Source: Clostridia bacterium
GTDB lineage: Bacteria; Bacillota; Clostridia; Christensenellales; UBA3700
Length of the DNA stretch: 64,000 nt
Assembly: GCA_029068165.1 (NCBI GenBank)
Contig: JAIEDA010000018.1
Location: 74,065 to 138,064, forward strand
Direction of reading: 5' to 3'
In this document: positions 28,392 through 36,468 of the stretch, piece by piece
How positions within the stretch are numbered: position 1 is the first letter of the stretch
Layout: the number at the start of each line of letters is the position of its first letter
Position numbers and translations under genes: made by a program
The notes under the pieces: generated by a model
What the model saw: the letters and a program-made list of their open reading frames with translations, nothing else
What the model was told of the DNA's origin: nothing
The model's database searches: none

Positions 28392-28634
28392 TTATTTAAT
28401 CTCTTGTTCCAATTCCTTAAATTCTTTAGTATTAAAAAAGTCGACTAGAGTTATTCCAAAGCCGTCGCAAAGCATTTTAATCGTAACGATTCCTGGATTT
28501 TTGCTCCTGCCGTACAGTATTCCTTTTAATGTTGACGGTGATATGCCTGATTCGATTGCCAATTTATGAACTGATATTCTTTTTTGATAGCACAAATCCA
28601 TTATTCTAGATTTTACGGCAGTATATGTGTCCAT
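28392..28634 (-). CDS. XRE-family helix-turn-helix transcriptional regulator
   Basis: 80 aa. RIMDLCYQKRISVHKLAIESGISPSTLKGILYG is a Cro/C1-type HTH. Lies 15 nt downstream of dnaI on the same strand. Confidence 0.8.
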   Translation of the reverse strand: MDTYTAVKSRIMDLCYQKRISVHKLAIESGISPSTLKGILYGRSKNPGIVTIKMLCDGFGITLVDFFNTKEFKELEQEIK

Positions 28635-28649
28635 AGATTTCCTTTGTTT

Positions 28650-29570
28650 TTATTTATCAGTAATATAGCCGACGCTAAGCGAATACTTTTTATCCGAAAA
28701 CTTTGATAAAAACGCCGCTCCGTACCTATTGATAATCGCTCCGCCGTCTAGCGCGGTGCAAATCATAGTTTTTTTGCCGGTTGCAATTCGCTTTTCTATA
28801 GTCGAGAAGAGATATTCCAACGTTACGTTTTTATATATCGGTTCGCCGCCGAAATTGTCAATTATCAGCATTTCGCATTCGAGGACGTAATCAAAAAGTT
28901 TGCTAAGCGCGGTTTGTTTACGCGTATGTTTGTCAAGAAAGATATTTATCAGTTCAAAAGAAGAAAGATACAATACGCTTACGTTTTTATCTAGCAAGTC
29001 GTTTGCAATCGCCAAAGCAAGGCAGGTTTTGCCTACGCCGCTAGCTCCCGCAAGCATAAAGTTTTTCCACTTGCAGTCGTAGAAGTTTTCGCAAACTTTC
29101 TTTTGCATAATGCCGTAGAGTTTGTTCATCCCCGCGGCATAGGGCGAATTTGAAGTTGCGAAAGTATTGTCGGCAAACGTAAATTTAGGCATAGGGGATA
29201 CGCTCTTATTTTGCTCTAAAAGCAAGCGATATTCTCTAAGCAAACATTCGCAAGGCTTTTTGTCGACGTAGCCGCCGTCTTTGCAAATTTTACAGGAATA
29301 CTTGGGAGAAAAGCTCAAAGAATTGGTTTTTACGTATTCTTTGATTTTATTGTCAAGCCCTATCAAAGCCTTTTCGTCTTCGCTTATATCCTGACCTTTT
29401 ACTTTTTTGCGGGCAAGTTCAAGCTCAAGACTTTTTTTATCCTTGAGCATTTGGGCGAGTTGCGGGTGACGGCTGAGCAGCTCTTTGTTGTTCCTATCGC
29501 TTTCTTCTTTGGCGAGCGCTCTCTTCGTGGAATAGATTAACTCGAGTTTTTGCGTAAAATATTTTATCAT
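28650..29570 (-). CDS. dnaI: primosomal helicase loader DnaI/DnaC-like AAA+ ATPase
   Basis: 306 aa. N-terminal Cys cluster CKICKDGGYVDKKPCEC, Walker A GASGVGKTCLA, Walker B LIIDNFG. Confidence 0.85.
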   Translation of the reverse strand: MIKYFTQKLELIYSTKRALAKEESDRNNKELLSRHPQLAQMLKDKKSLELELARKKVKGQDISEDEKALIGLDNKIKEYVKTNSLSFSPKYSCKICKDGGYVDKKPCECLLREYRLLLEQNKSVSPMPKFTFADNTFATSNSPYAAGMNKLYGIMQKKVCENFYDCKWKNFMLAGASGVGKTCLALAIANDLLDKNVSVLYLSSFELINIFLDKHTRKQTALSKLFDYVLECEMLIIDNFGGEPIYKNVTLEYLFSTIEKRIATGKKTMICTALDGGAIINRYGAAFLSKFSDKKYSLSVGYITDK

Positions 29571-29571
29571 A

Positions 29572-30993
29572 TCAGTCCTCTAAGCCGTCCAACTCTTCAA
29601 GAGAATAGAAGTATTCGGAAAGCTGCTCTTTGGAATAAGCAGCCGTAGGTTGTGGAGCGTTTGAAGAAGAAAAACCCGCCGCCTTTGCCTGTTCGAGAGT
29701 AAGTACGCCGCTCGACTTCCACTTGGCGAGCAGGTTGTTGAGAGCGGAGAGAGGCTTGCCTTGACAAAGGCTCGCGCCGTATTCGATTATCTCATAGTCG
29801 AAGTTCCACATCTCAGTCCATACTTTGAACATATCTCTATCGTTTGCGCTGACGTTTCTCGAATATCCTGTCAGCTCGATAATCTTCTTGATAGCCATAT
29901 CTCTTTGCATAAGCGTTGCAAGGTGTTCGTTGATTGCTTGCACGCTTACGCAGCCTTCGCTGTAGAATTTAGCGATTCTCTTATTCATTCCCTCCAGCGT
30001 GCGTATGGAGTTGGCAAGACAGTACTCGGCGACGAGAAGTATCGCGCTTTCGTCAAAACCTCTTCCAAGCCAGTTGTTGATATACTTTTCCACTATGTAC
30101 TCGACGTTTTCGTAGTACAGTCCCAAAGTCTTGTTGACGGAGTAGGCGAGTTTGTAAATAGCCTGCTTATTGTCAAGGTACTCTTGCATTTCCTTTACGC
30201 TCAAACTGTTGTTGCGGTAGAACTCGTCAAGTAAGTTGTCAAGTCTTGCGAAGCCGCCCTTGCTCTTGAGAGATTTAGCGGCGAATAGAATCGCGTCGAG
30301 ATTGAATCCCCAACTTCCCGTCCATTTAAGATACAAATCTTTTTCTTCAAGATCTACCTCGGATTTTTTGCCTAAAGCCTTGCTTATCATTCGCATCGCT
30401 TCGTTGGTGGTTTCCAGCTGCTTAATTTTTTCGTCCACGTCGGCGAGAGTGCGTACGCCCTCTTCTAGCCAGTTTTTCGCGACGGCGATAATGTAGTTGG
30501 CTTTTATCTTTTCGCCTTTGAGATTTACGCAGTAACGCGCGATTGTTATAAGCGTTTCGGGCGGAATTTTGCTTTCTTCGATAAAGTCGTAATATACCGT
30601 GTATTGATTTATATTCGTAAACGCTACGCTCGGGAAGAGCGCTTCAAGCTGAGTATTGAAGTCGGCGTACTTGTCTTTTTTGTAGTGTTTTGCATAACTT
30701 CCCTTAATACTCTTATAACTAACCGCGAAAGGGGAATAAGAAGTAATGTTTACAAGTCCCATATCCGCAAGAGCGCCGAAAGCTTTTTCGACGTCCTCGG
30801 ACGTCACCGACAGCGCGTCGCATATAAATTCAACGCTGTTCTCCGAAGAGTTTGGGTTGGAGCAAAAAGAAAGACCGAGCAAATAAACTTTTAGTTGAAG
30901 CTCGTCGCATTCGGGAAGATAGTTTATTAAAAAACTCTTTTCGAGCAAAATCGCGCTTTGTTCGTTGTCTTTAGAAAGCGTGCAAAAACCCAT
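29572..30993 (-). CDS. dnaB: replication initiation and membrane attachment protein (Firmicutes DnaB, DnaD-domain repeats; not the helicase)
   Basis: 473 aa, matching the approximately 472-aa length I recall for B. subtilis DnaB. Repeated DnaD-like modules (ANYIIAVAKNWLEEGVRT, VEKYINNWLGRGF, LNNLLAKWKSSGV). Its stop is adjacent to the dnaI start, as in the dnaB-dnaI operon. Confidence 0.75.
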   Translation of the reverse strand: MGFCTLSKDNEQSAILLEKSFLINYLPECDELQLKVYLLGLSFCSNPNSSENSVEFICDALSVTSEDVEKAFGALADMGLVNITSYSPFAVSYKSIKGSYAKHYKKDKYADFNTQLEALFPSVAFTNINQYTVYYDFIEESKIPPETLITIARYCVNLKGEKIKANYIIAVAKNWLEEGVRTLADVDEKIKQLETTNEAMRMISKALGKKSEVDLEEKDLYLKWTGSWGFNLDAILFAAKSLKSKGGFARLDNLLDEFYRNNSLSVKEMQEYLDNKQAIYKLAYSVNKTLGLYYENVEYIVEKYINNWLGRGFDESAILLVAEYCLANSIRTLEGMNKRIAKFYSEGCVSVQAINEHLATLMQRDMAIKKIIELTGYSRNVSANDRDMFKVWTEMWNFDYEIIEYGASLCQGKPLSALNNLLAKWKSSGVLTLEQAKAAGFSSSNAPQPTAAYSKEQLSEYFYSLEELDGLED

Positions 30994-31156
30994 AATAACT
31001 CCTTGAAAAATCTTTTTCGGTGTGCTAGAATAAAATTAAATCATAAACTAATATATCATACATTTTATAAAATAAAAAGACAATTTGACGGCAATTTTCA
31101 AAACCACAAAATATTGTGGCGTGAAAAATCGGTCGCACAAATCGTCAAGGAGTGTT

Positions 31157-32083
31157 ATGAAAATCTTAGAAATTAACAACGTATCAAAAACGTACGCGGC
31201 AAAAGGCAGGAACAAAGGACTGCCTGTCAAGGCGGTTTCAAATGTGACTTTAGACGTCGAAGAGGGCGAGATACTCGGACTTTTGGGCGCTAACGGCGCT
31301 GGCAAGACTACGCTTATCAAACTTATACTCGGCTTGGCTGTTATGGACGCGGGCAGTATAAAAATCGCGGGTTTCGACGCGATTAACAACCGTGAAAAGG
31401 CTTTGCAGGGCGTGGGTGCGCTCGTCGAAGCGCCTACGTTATTCGTTGAGATGAGCGGCTGGGAAAACCTCAAATATTACGCCAAACTTCAAGGCGGGAA
31501 TATCACTGACGAAAAGATAAAAGCTATTGTCGAACTCGTCGGTCTAACCGATAGGATAAACAGCAAGTTCAAGACCTATTCTTTGGGTATGAAACAGCGA
31601 CTTGGCATAGCGCAGGCTATAATGCATTCGCCGTCGCTTCTTTTGTTGGACGAGCCGACCAACGGACTCGACCCGTCGGGCATTGCGCAAATGCGCGAGC
31701 TTTTCGTAAGACTAAAGCAGGAGCTTGGAATTACGATAATCATTTCTTCGCATATACTCAGCGAAATGCAACAGGTGTGCGATAGAGTGGCGTTTATGGC
31801 GAAAGGCGAGATTAAAGCCGTTAAGACTATGGAAGAAGTAAATTTCGGCGTAGACAACTTGAGGAAATTCTCTATTGAGTGTTCCGACCCTGAAGCGGTG
31901 AAAGAGCTTATCTCGTCGCAAGGTTTCGAGTGCGAGATAAGCGGCAAAGCAATTATAGTAGTCGCCGACCAAGAAGCTGTCAGCGCAATAATAAGTACGC
32001 TCGTAAACAATTCTATCGACGTATATGCCGTCAACAAGATAAAGCGTACGCTTGAGGACCTTTATAAGGAGGTGTCAAAATGA
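31157..32083 (+). CDS. ABC transporter ATP-binding protein (ABC-2 exporter type)
   Basis: Walker A GANGAGKTT, signature YSLGMKQR, Walker B LLLLDEP. I chose ATG 31157 (RBS AAGGAG) rather than the upstream start in the ORF track. Confidence 0.9.
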   Translation: MKILEINNVSKTYAAKGRNKGLPVKAVSNVTLDVEEGEILGLLGANGAGKTTLIKLILGLAVMDAGSIKIAGFDAINNREKALQGVGALVEAPTLFVEMSGWENLKYYAKLQGGNITDEKIKAIVELVGLTDRINSKFKTYSLGMKQRLGIAQAIMHSPSLLLLDEPTNGLDPSGIAQMRELFVRLKQELGITIIISSHILSEMQQVCDRVAFMAKGEIKAVKTMEEVNFGVDNLRKFSIECSDPEAVKELISSQGFECEISGKAIIVVADQEAVSAIISTLVNNSIDVYAVNKIKRTLEDLYKEVSK

Positions 32084-33099
32084 TTTCGTTCAAAGATTTG
32101 TTAGGTTGCGAATTATACAAAGTCAACAGGAAAAATACGTTGCTCAAACTGGGAATTGCGATTGTGGTAATCGTAATTGCAATAACAGCGCTATGCGCGG
32201 TAATCAAAGGCGTTTTAGGAGAATTTGCGTATTCGGAATTTGGCTTTGCCGAAGAAAACGTCGAAGCGTTAAAACAGCAAATAGCCGCCGCCGAGGCGAG
32301 CCAAACTTGGCTTAACAAGCTTCTTCCCGATACTTCGATTTACGCATTGAAGTCGCAGCTTGCGGTATACGAATATATCGTAGAAAGCGGAGTAGCGGCA
32401 GGCAGCGTAACGGCTTTTTCAGCCGGCGGAAATATTCCTGCGTTCGACTATTACTCGTTTACCGAAACTTGTATGAGCGTAGTTATGGCTGTCGTTACGA
32501 TATTTGCCGTAGTAGCTTGCTGTCGCGCGACTACGGGCGAGTATTCAAGCGGCGCGCTGAAGATGCAGTTTATCCGTCCGATAAACAAGAGCAAATTCTT
32601 CACCGCCAAATGGTTGAGCGTATTTTTGATTTCGGAAGCCTATTTGATTATTTCGTTTATAGTATCGTTCGTATTGGGCGTAATAGTATTCGGTAGCGGC
32701 GCGCCCAACGTATTGATGGTTTTGCAGGCAAGCAAAGTGGTGTCAACTACGGCTTTCGGAGCGTTGGTTCTCGGGATGTTATTTGACACGGTTGCGCTAT
32801 TTATGTCAGTGCAGGTTACGATGTTCTTGTGTTCGCTGTGCAAAACCAACAGCAAAGCTCTCGTACTGTCGCTTTTGTTGGTAGTGTTCAGCATAGGAGA
32901 AATCATCGAAACCATACTTGCGCTAGGCTACGTAGGCTTCGTAGGTTTCTTCAGCAATCTAAATTGGTCAAGCGCGCTGACTATGGAAGGTCCCGCATTT
33001 AAGGGTATGTCGCTTTTCACTATGATTCCGATTACGCTTGTTTGGGGCGCGCTCTTTATGTATCTATCGTATAGACGCTTCAACAAACTGGAAGTGTAA
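32080..33099 (+). CDS. ABC-2 type transporter permease
   Basis: 339 aa. One N-terminal TM segment, a large loop, then 5 TM segments. Its start overlaps the ATPase stop. Confidence 0.75.
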   Translation: MISFKDLLGCELYKVNRKNTLLKLGIAIVVIVIAITALCAVIKGVLGEFAYSEFGFAEENVEALKQQIAAAEASQTWLNKLLPDTSIYALKSQLAVYEYIVESGVAAGSVTAFSAGGNIPAFDYYSFTETCMSVVMAVVTIFAVVACCRATTGEYSSGALKMQFIRPINKSKFFTAKWLSVFLISEAYLIISFIVSFVLGVIVFGSGAPNVLMVLQASKVVSTTAFGALVLGMLFDTVALFMSVQVTMFLCSLCKTNSKALVLSLLLVVFSIGEIIETILALGYVGFVGFFSNLNWSSALTMEGPAFKGMSLFTMIPITLVWGALFMYLSYRRFNKLEV

Positions 33100-33106
33100 G
33101 TTTTTT

Positions 33107-33269
33107 TGTTCGGCGGAGAGGGAAATTTGCAAAATTAAAATGCGCCTTTTCCGCCGAATAAACATTTTGCTCACGCTCATCGTACGGCAAGTACGACTTG
33201 GCTCTCAAAATGCAATCCAACGAAAAATTCGCTATTTTACTTCTTGTAAATCTCCCTCTCCACCGAACA
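33107..33269. repeat. 163-nt imperfect palindromic element (26-nt terminal inverted repeats, 23/26 complementary)
   Basis: Left arm TGTTCGGCGGAGAGGGAAATTTGCAA (33107-33132) against the reverse complement of the right arm TTGTAAATCTCCCTCTCCACCGAACA (33244-33269). Inner complementary blocks CATTTTG/CAAAATG and TCGTAC/GTACGA also pair. Confidence 0.7.
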
Positions 33270-33368
33270 GGGTTATACGCATTTAAATTATTTTTATAGC
33301 GTAACGTATGTCGCAAAGCTTAATGTTGTAGGAAATGTTCGTCTTTTATATTAAAGATAGAGGTCAAT

Positions 33369-34247
33369 ATGAAAAATAAGATAAAGATAGTCAATTTGAT
33401 ATGCTTGGCGATTTCTTGCATAACGCTACTTTTGGAAGCTATGCCGAAAAGCGTAGATATTGCGGTATATGTACAAGAGGTCGGTCAGACTTCCGTAGTA
33501 CATACATATACGTCCTATTTTATCGGTTCTATCGATTGGAGTTCTATCTATGCGCGGTCGGCATATTCGGCGTTGTTGGTCGCAAGTTTTACGATTTTGA
33601 ACGTGATTTTGAACGTTATAAGTCTATTTAAAGTTAGCAAAGCGGTTAGTATTGCGACTATTTCGGCAACGGTGTTAGCGTTTATATGCGGAATGCCGCT
33701 GATGATATTTACTACAGCGTTCAACGCGACGATAACGGTCTTGCTCATATTGCAATTAGTTTTGCAAGGAGTTATGATGAGTAAATTCAAGTTCGCGGAA
33801 CGGGAAGTTGTTGCGGTGCTTATATGTTTTGCGCTGTCTAGTATAGCGCTACTTTTGGAAGCTATGCCGAAAAGCGTAAAAAACGGTTCTATGATTAGTC
33901 CCGACGAAGTCGCATACTACTATCATTCGTATTTTATTGACCCGTTTGATTTCATACGGTTTTTTGCGAGCGCGACAGCTTGCTTTACAGTAATAGTCAT
34001 AATGCTGAATATAGTCGGTTTGTTTAAAAACGGGATAGCGATAAATATCGTATCCGTCGTTGCGACGGCTCTAGCGGTTACTTGCAGTATAGTCTTAGTA
34101 AGGTTTTCTACTACCGCGTATAGCGTCATAGTAGCAGTCTTGTTTTTGGCGCAATTTGCTTTGCAAACATATAGGTTGGTTAGATTAAAGCTGATTGGAG
34201 CAAGGTCGTTAAAGCGGGAAATAAAAGAAGAGTTGGCAATAGAGTAG
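33369..34247 (+). CDS. polytopic membrane protein with internal duplication
   Basis: 292 aa. Both halves start with the same block (ITLLLEAMPKSV / IALLLEAMPKSV), each followed by about 4 TM helices. Confidence 0.65.
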   Translation: MKNKIKIVNLICLAISCITLLLEAMPKSVDIAVYVQEVGQTSVVHTYTSYFIGSIDWSSIYARSAYSALLVASFTILNVILNVISLFKVSKAVSIATISATVLAFICGMPLMIFTTAFNATITVLLILQLVLQGVMMSKFKFAEREVVAVLICFALSSIALLLEAMPKSVKNGSMISPDEVAYYYHSYFIDPFDFIRFFASATACFTVIVIMLNIVGLFKNGIAINIVSVVATALAVTCSIVLVRFSTTAYSVIVAVLFLAQFALQTYRLVRLKLIGARSLKREIKEELAIE

Positions 34248-34249
34248 TC

Positions 34250-34281
34250 AAAAAAACGGGACTTGAGAAAGTCCCGTTTTG
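34250..34281. terminator. bidirectional intrinsic terminator
   Basis: ACGGGAC (34256-62), 8-nt loop, GTCCCGT (34271-77), flanked by an A-run and a T-run. Sits between convergent genes. Confidence 0.7.
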
Positions 34282-34539
34282 CTATTCTTTGCAATCCTCT
34301 ATAATAAGCATATCGTAATCAAGGCTTTCAATAAAGTCGTCGTCTTTAAATCGAGTGTTGTGGAAATTGACGAAGTTTTTGTAGTGCTGATTTAAAAGCA
34401 CGGGGTTAGGCACGTCAAGCTGATGGCAAATATCCCTCAGCCAAAGTTCGTAGTTGCTCGCGCTCGTCTTTAAGCTGGAAGAGTAAATCATATCCTTAGC
34501 TATTTTATCGTCTTTAATAAGTCTTGCCCAAATTTTCAT
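34282..34539 (-). CDS. hypothetical 85-aa protein (no family recognised)
   Basis: ORF ends at the terminator. It has no TM segment and no motif I can name. Coding status rests only on ORF length and the terminator. Confidence 0.4.
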   Translation of the reverse strand: MKIWARLIKDDKIAKDMIYSSSLKTSASNYELWLRDICHQLDVPNPVLLNQHYKNFVNFHNTRFKDDDFIESLDYDMLIIEDCKE

Positions 34540-34761
34540 ATTTCAAGGATATATCAAATCGCTATGTTATGTCAACCCCTTCGCTTGCAATACGTTTGAA
34601 ATTTAAACGGACTTTTCTCAATTCCGTCACCCCAAGCGTAGACGTAAGAGCCGAAGCGACGGCATAGCGAAATAGCGGTAACAGATTGAGCGAGCGTCAG
34701 GGGCTAAACAATATAAATTTTAATTTGATATAATAAGTTAAATTTAAGTATAGAGGGTTTT

Positions 34762-35030
34762 TGCTAATAAGTGGGTTTGCCCAATAAGCGCACATATTTT
34801 TTGGCGTAACGTATCTAAAATACAACAGCAAGAGGCTCCAAAAATATGTAGGTTATTTTAGCAAATCCCACTTATAAGCCTGCACCGACTAGGGAATAAC
34901 TCTAGATAGTTTTTTAAACAGTATAGACCTTGACGTACGCTTAAGAAGCTACAGCTAACTCGATATGTCATCGCTTCGCTACTTGCGTATTTGCTTAAGG
35001 TGACATACTTCTAACGGACTATTCTATCGT
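34762..35030 (+). repeat. intergenic structured repeat, copy A (long hairpin module plus downstream modules)
   Basis: About 85-90 percent identical over roughly 118 nt to 61979-62096 and weaker over the next 60-70 nt. Outer stem GCTAATAAGTGGGTTTGC / GCAAATCCCACTTATAAGC, inner stem CACATATTTTTTGG / CCAAAAATATGT. Confidence 0.75.
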
Positions 35031-35226
35031 TACCCTGAGCACAGTCAAAGCGGTTAACTTTTTATACTACCTAGAGATAATCCTTACTCGGCTTGGGCGG
35101 TTAAGTGTGTTTTACGATTATTACGCTCTTGGCGGTATCAATAGTAAAATTGTCCAGCTTAGTTGAGCGGGTGAGATACTTTTTAGACTTGACTAGTCTA
35201 CCTTTTCGCCTAACGAAAAAATACAC

Positions 35227-35255
35227 TTGACAAAACGATTGTTATTTATTAAAAT
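35227..35255 (+). promoter_or_regulatory. sigma-A type promoter for rex
   Basis: TTGACA (35227-32), 17-nt spacer, TAAAAT (35250-55), about 30 nt upstream of the rex ATG. Confidence 0.55.
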
Positions 35256-35285
35256 GTTAAATACAAAAGTGAAGGGGGAAGCAAA

Positions 35286-35900
35286 ATGATTTCCGAGGCA
35301 GTAATCAAGAGATTGCCGCGCTACTACAGGCTTATCAAACAGCTTGCCGACGGCGGTGTGGATCGCGTTTCCTCCACAAAAATCGCCGACGTGCTTAGTA
35401 TTACCGCTTCGCAAGTCAGGCAGGACTTGTGCAACTTTGGCGGTTTCGGTCAGCAAGGATACGGTTACGACGTGCAAAAGCTTAAGAACGAACTCGCCGC
35501 TATTTTAGGACTTGACAAGCAATATGATTTGATAATCGTAGGAGCGGGTAACATAGGCAGGGCGCTTGCGGGGTATAAAGGCTTTAAGGACGACGGCTTT
35601 TACGTAAAGGCGCTTTTTGATATAGAGCCGAGGTGTTCGAGCATCAACGGTATTAAAGTGTACGATATGAAAGAACTTGCCGAGTATCTAGAACGTCACG
35701 TAGTCGACATAGCCGTCATAGCTACGCAAAAGGATTCGGCGAAGAGCGTTGCGGACGCGTTGATAGCGGGCGGAGTAAAAAGTATTTGGAATTTCGCTCC
35801 CGTAGAACTCGAAGTGCCTGAGGGCATCACCGTAGAGAGCATATCGATGAGCGAAAGTCTTTATCTTTTAAGCTATCGCAATAAAAACAATAATAATTGA
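35286..35900 (+). CDS. rex: redox-sensing transcriptional repressor Rex
   Basis: 204 aa. RLPRYYRLIKQL, SSTKIADVLSITASQVRQDL (winged helix) and a Rossmann motif IIVGAGNIGRALAGY. Confidence 0.93.
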   Translation: MISEAVIKRLPRYYRLIKQLADGGVDRVSSTKIADVLSITASQVRQDLCNFGGFGQQGYGYDVQKLKNELAAILGLDKQYDLIIVGAGNIGRALAGYKGFKDDGFYVKALFDIEPRCSSINGIKVYDMKELAEYLERHVVDIAVIATQKDSAKSVADALIAGGVKSIWNFAPVELEVPEGITVESISMSESLYLLSYRNKNNNN

Positions 35901-35934
35901 CAATAAAACACCGATTATAGGTTTAGGAGGATAT

Positions 35935-36414
35935 ATGGCAAAATCTAAAGAATACGTTTTGACGAAAGAAGGCTACGATAATCTAGTAAAAAAGCTTGAC
36001 CACCTTATCAACGTCGAGAGGAAAGAAGCCAGCGAAAAGATCAAGCAGGCGAGAGAATTCGGCGACTTGTCCGAAAATGCCGAGTACGATGCAGCTAAGG
36101 ACTATCAAGCTCACGTAGAGTCCGAAATCATTACCATTCAAGCTCAGTTGGACAATGCGGTTATTATCGAAGAGAAAGACGGAGAAGCTCCGGCTACCGT
36201 AGTTGCGGGCTGCAAAGTAAGGTTCCGCGATTTTTCCGACGGAGAATACTACGAGTATACGATAGTAGGTACTACCGAAGCGAATATTCTCGAAAATAAG
36301 ATCAGCAACGAATCGCCTTTGGCGCAAGCGCTTTTGGGACAAAAGAAAGGCGCCGACGTTATGGTGGATATGGACGGCGAAAAGTTTAGGATAAAGATAC
36401 TCAACATAAGCTGA
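35935..36414 (+). CDS. greA: transcription elongation factor GreA
   Basis: 159 aa. REFGDLSENAEYDAAKD is the GreA signature, in a coiled-coil plus FKBP-like layout. Confidence 0.93.
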   Translation: MAKSKEYVLTKEGYDNLVKKLDHLINVERKEASEKIKQAREFGDLSENAEYDAAKDYQAHVESEIITIQAQLDNAVIIEEKDGEAPATVVAGCKVRFRDFSDGEYYEYTIVGTTEANILENKISNESPLAQALLGQKKGADVMVDMDGEKFRIKILNIS

Positions 36415-36432
36415 GAAATGTGAATTTAAAGA

Positions 36433-36459
36433 GGGCGACCTTAAAGGGTCGCCTTTTTA
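36433..36459 (+). terminator. intrinsic terminator after greA
   Basis: GGCGACC (36434-40), loop TTAAAG, GGTCGCC (36447-53), then TTTTT. Confidence 0.75.
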
Positions 36460-36468
36460 TAGGATGCT

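Noticed and set aside
28392-30993. The XRE-DnaC-like-DnaD-like trio as a possible prophage or plasmid replication module.
   Set aside because: The size (473 aa), the multi-DnaD-domain layout and the abutting dnaI-type loader with an N-terminal Zn cluster match the housekeeping Firmicutes dnaB-dnaI operon. No integrase, structural or lysis genes, att-like repeats or compositional shift are nearby.
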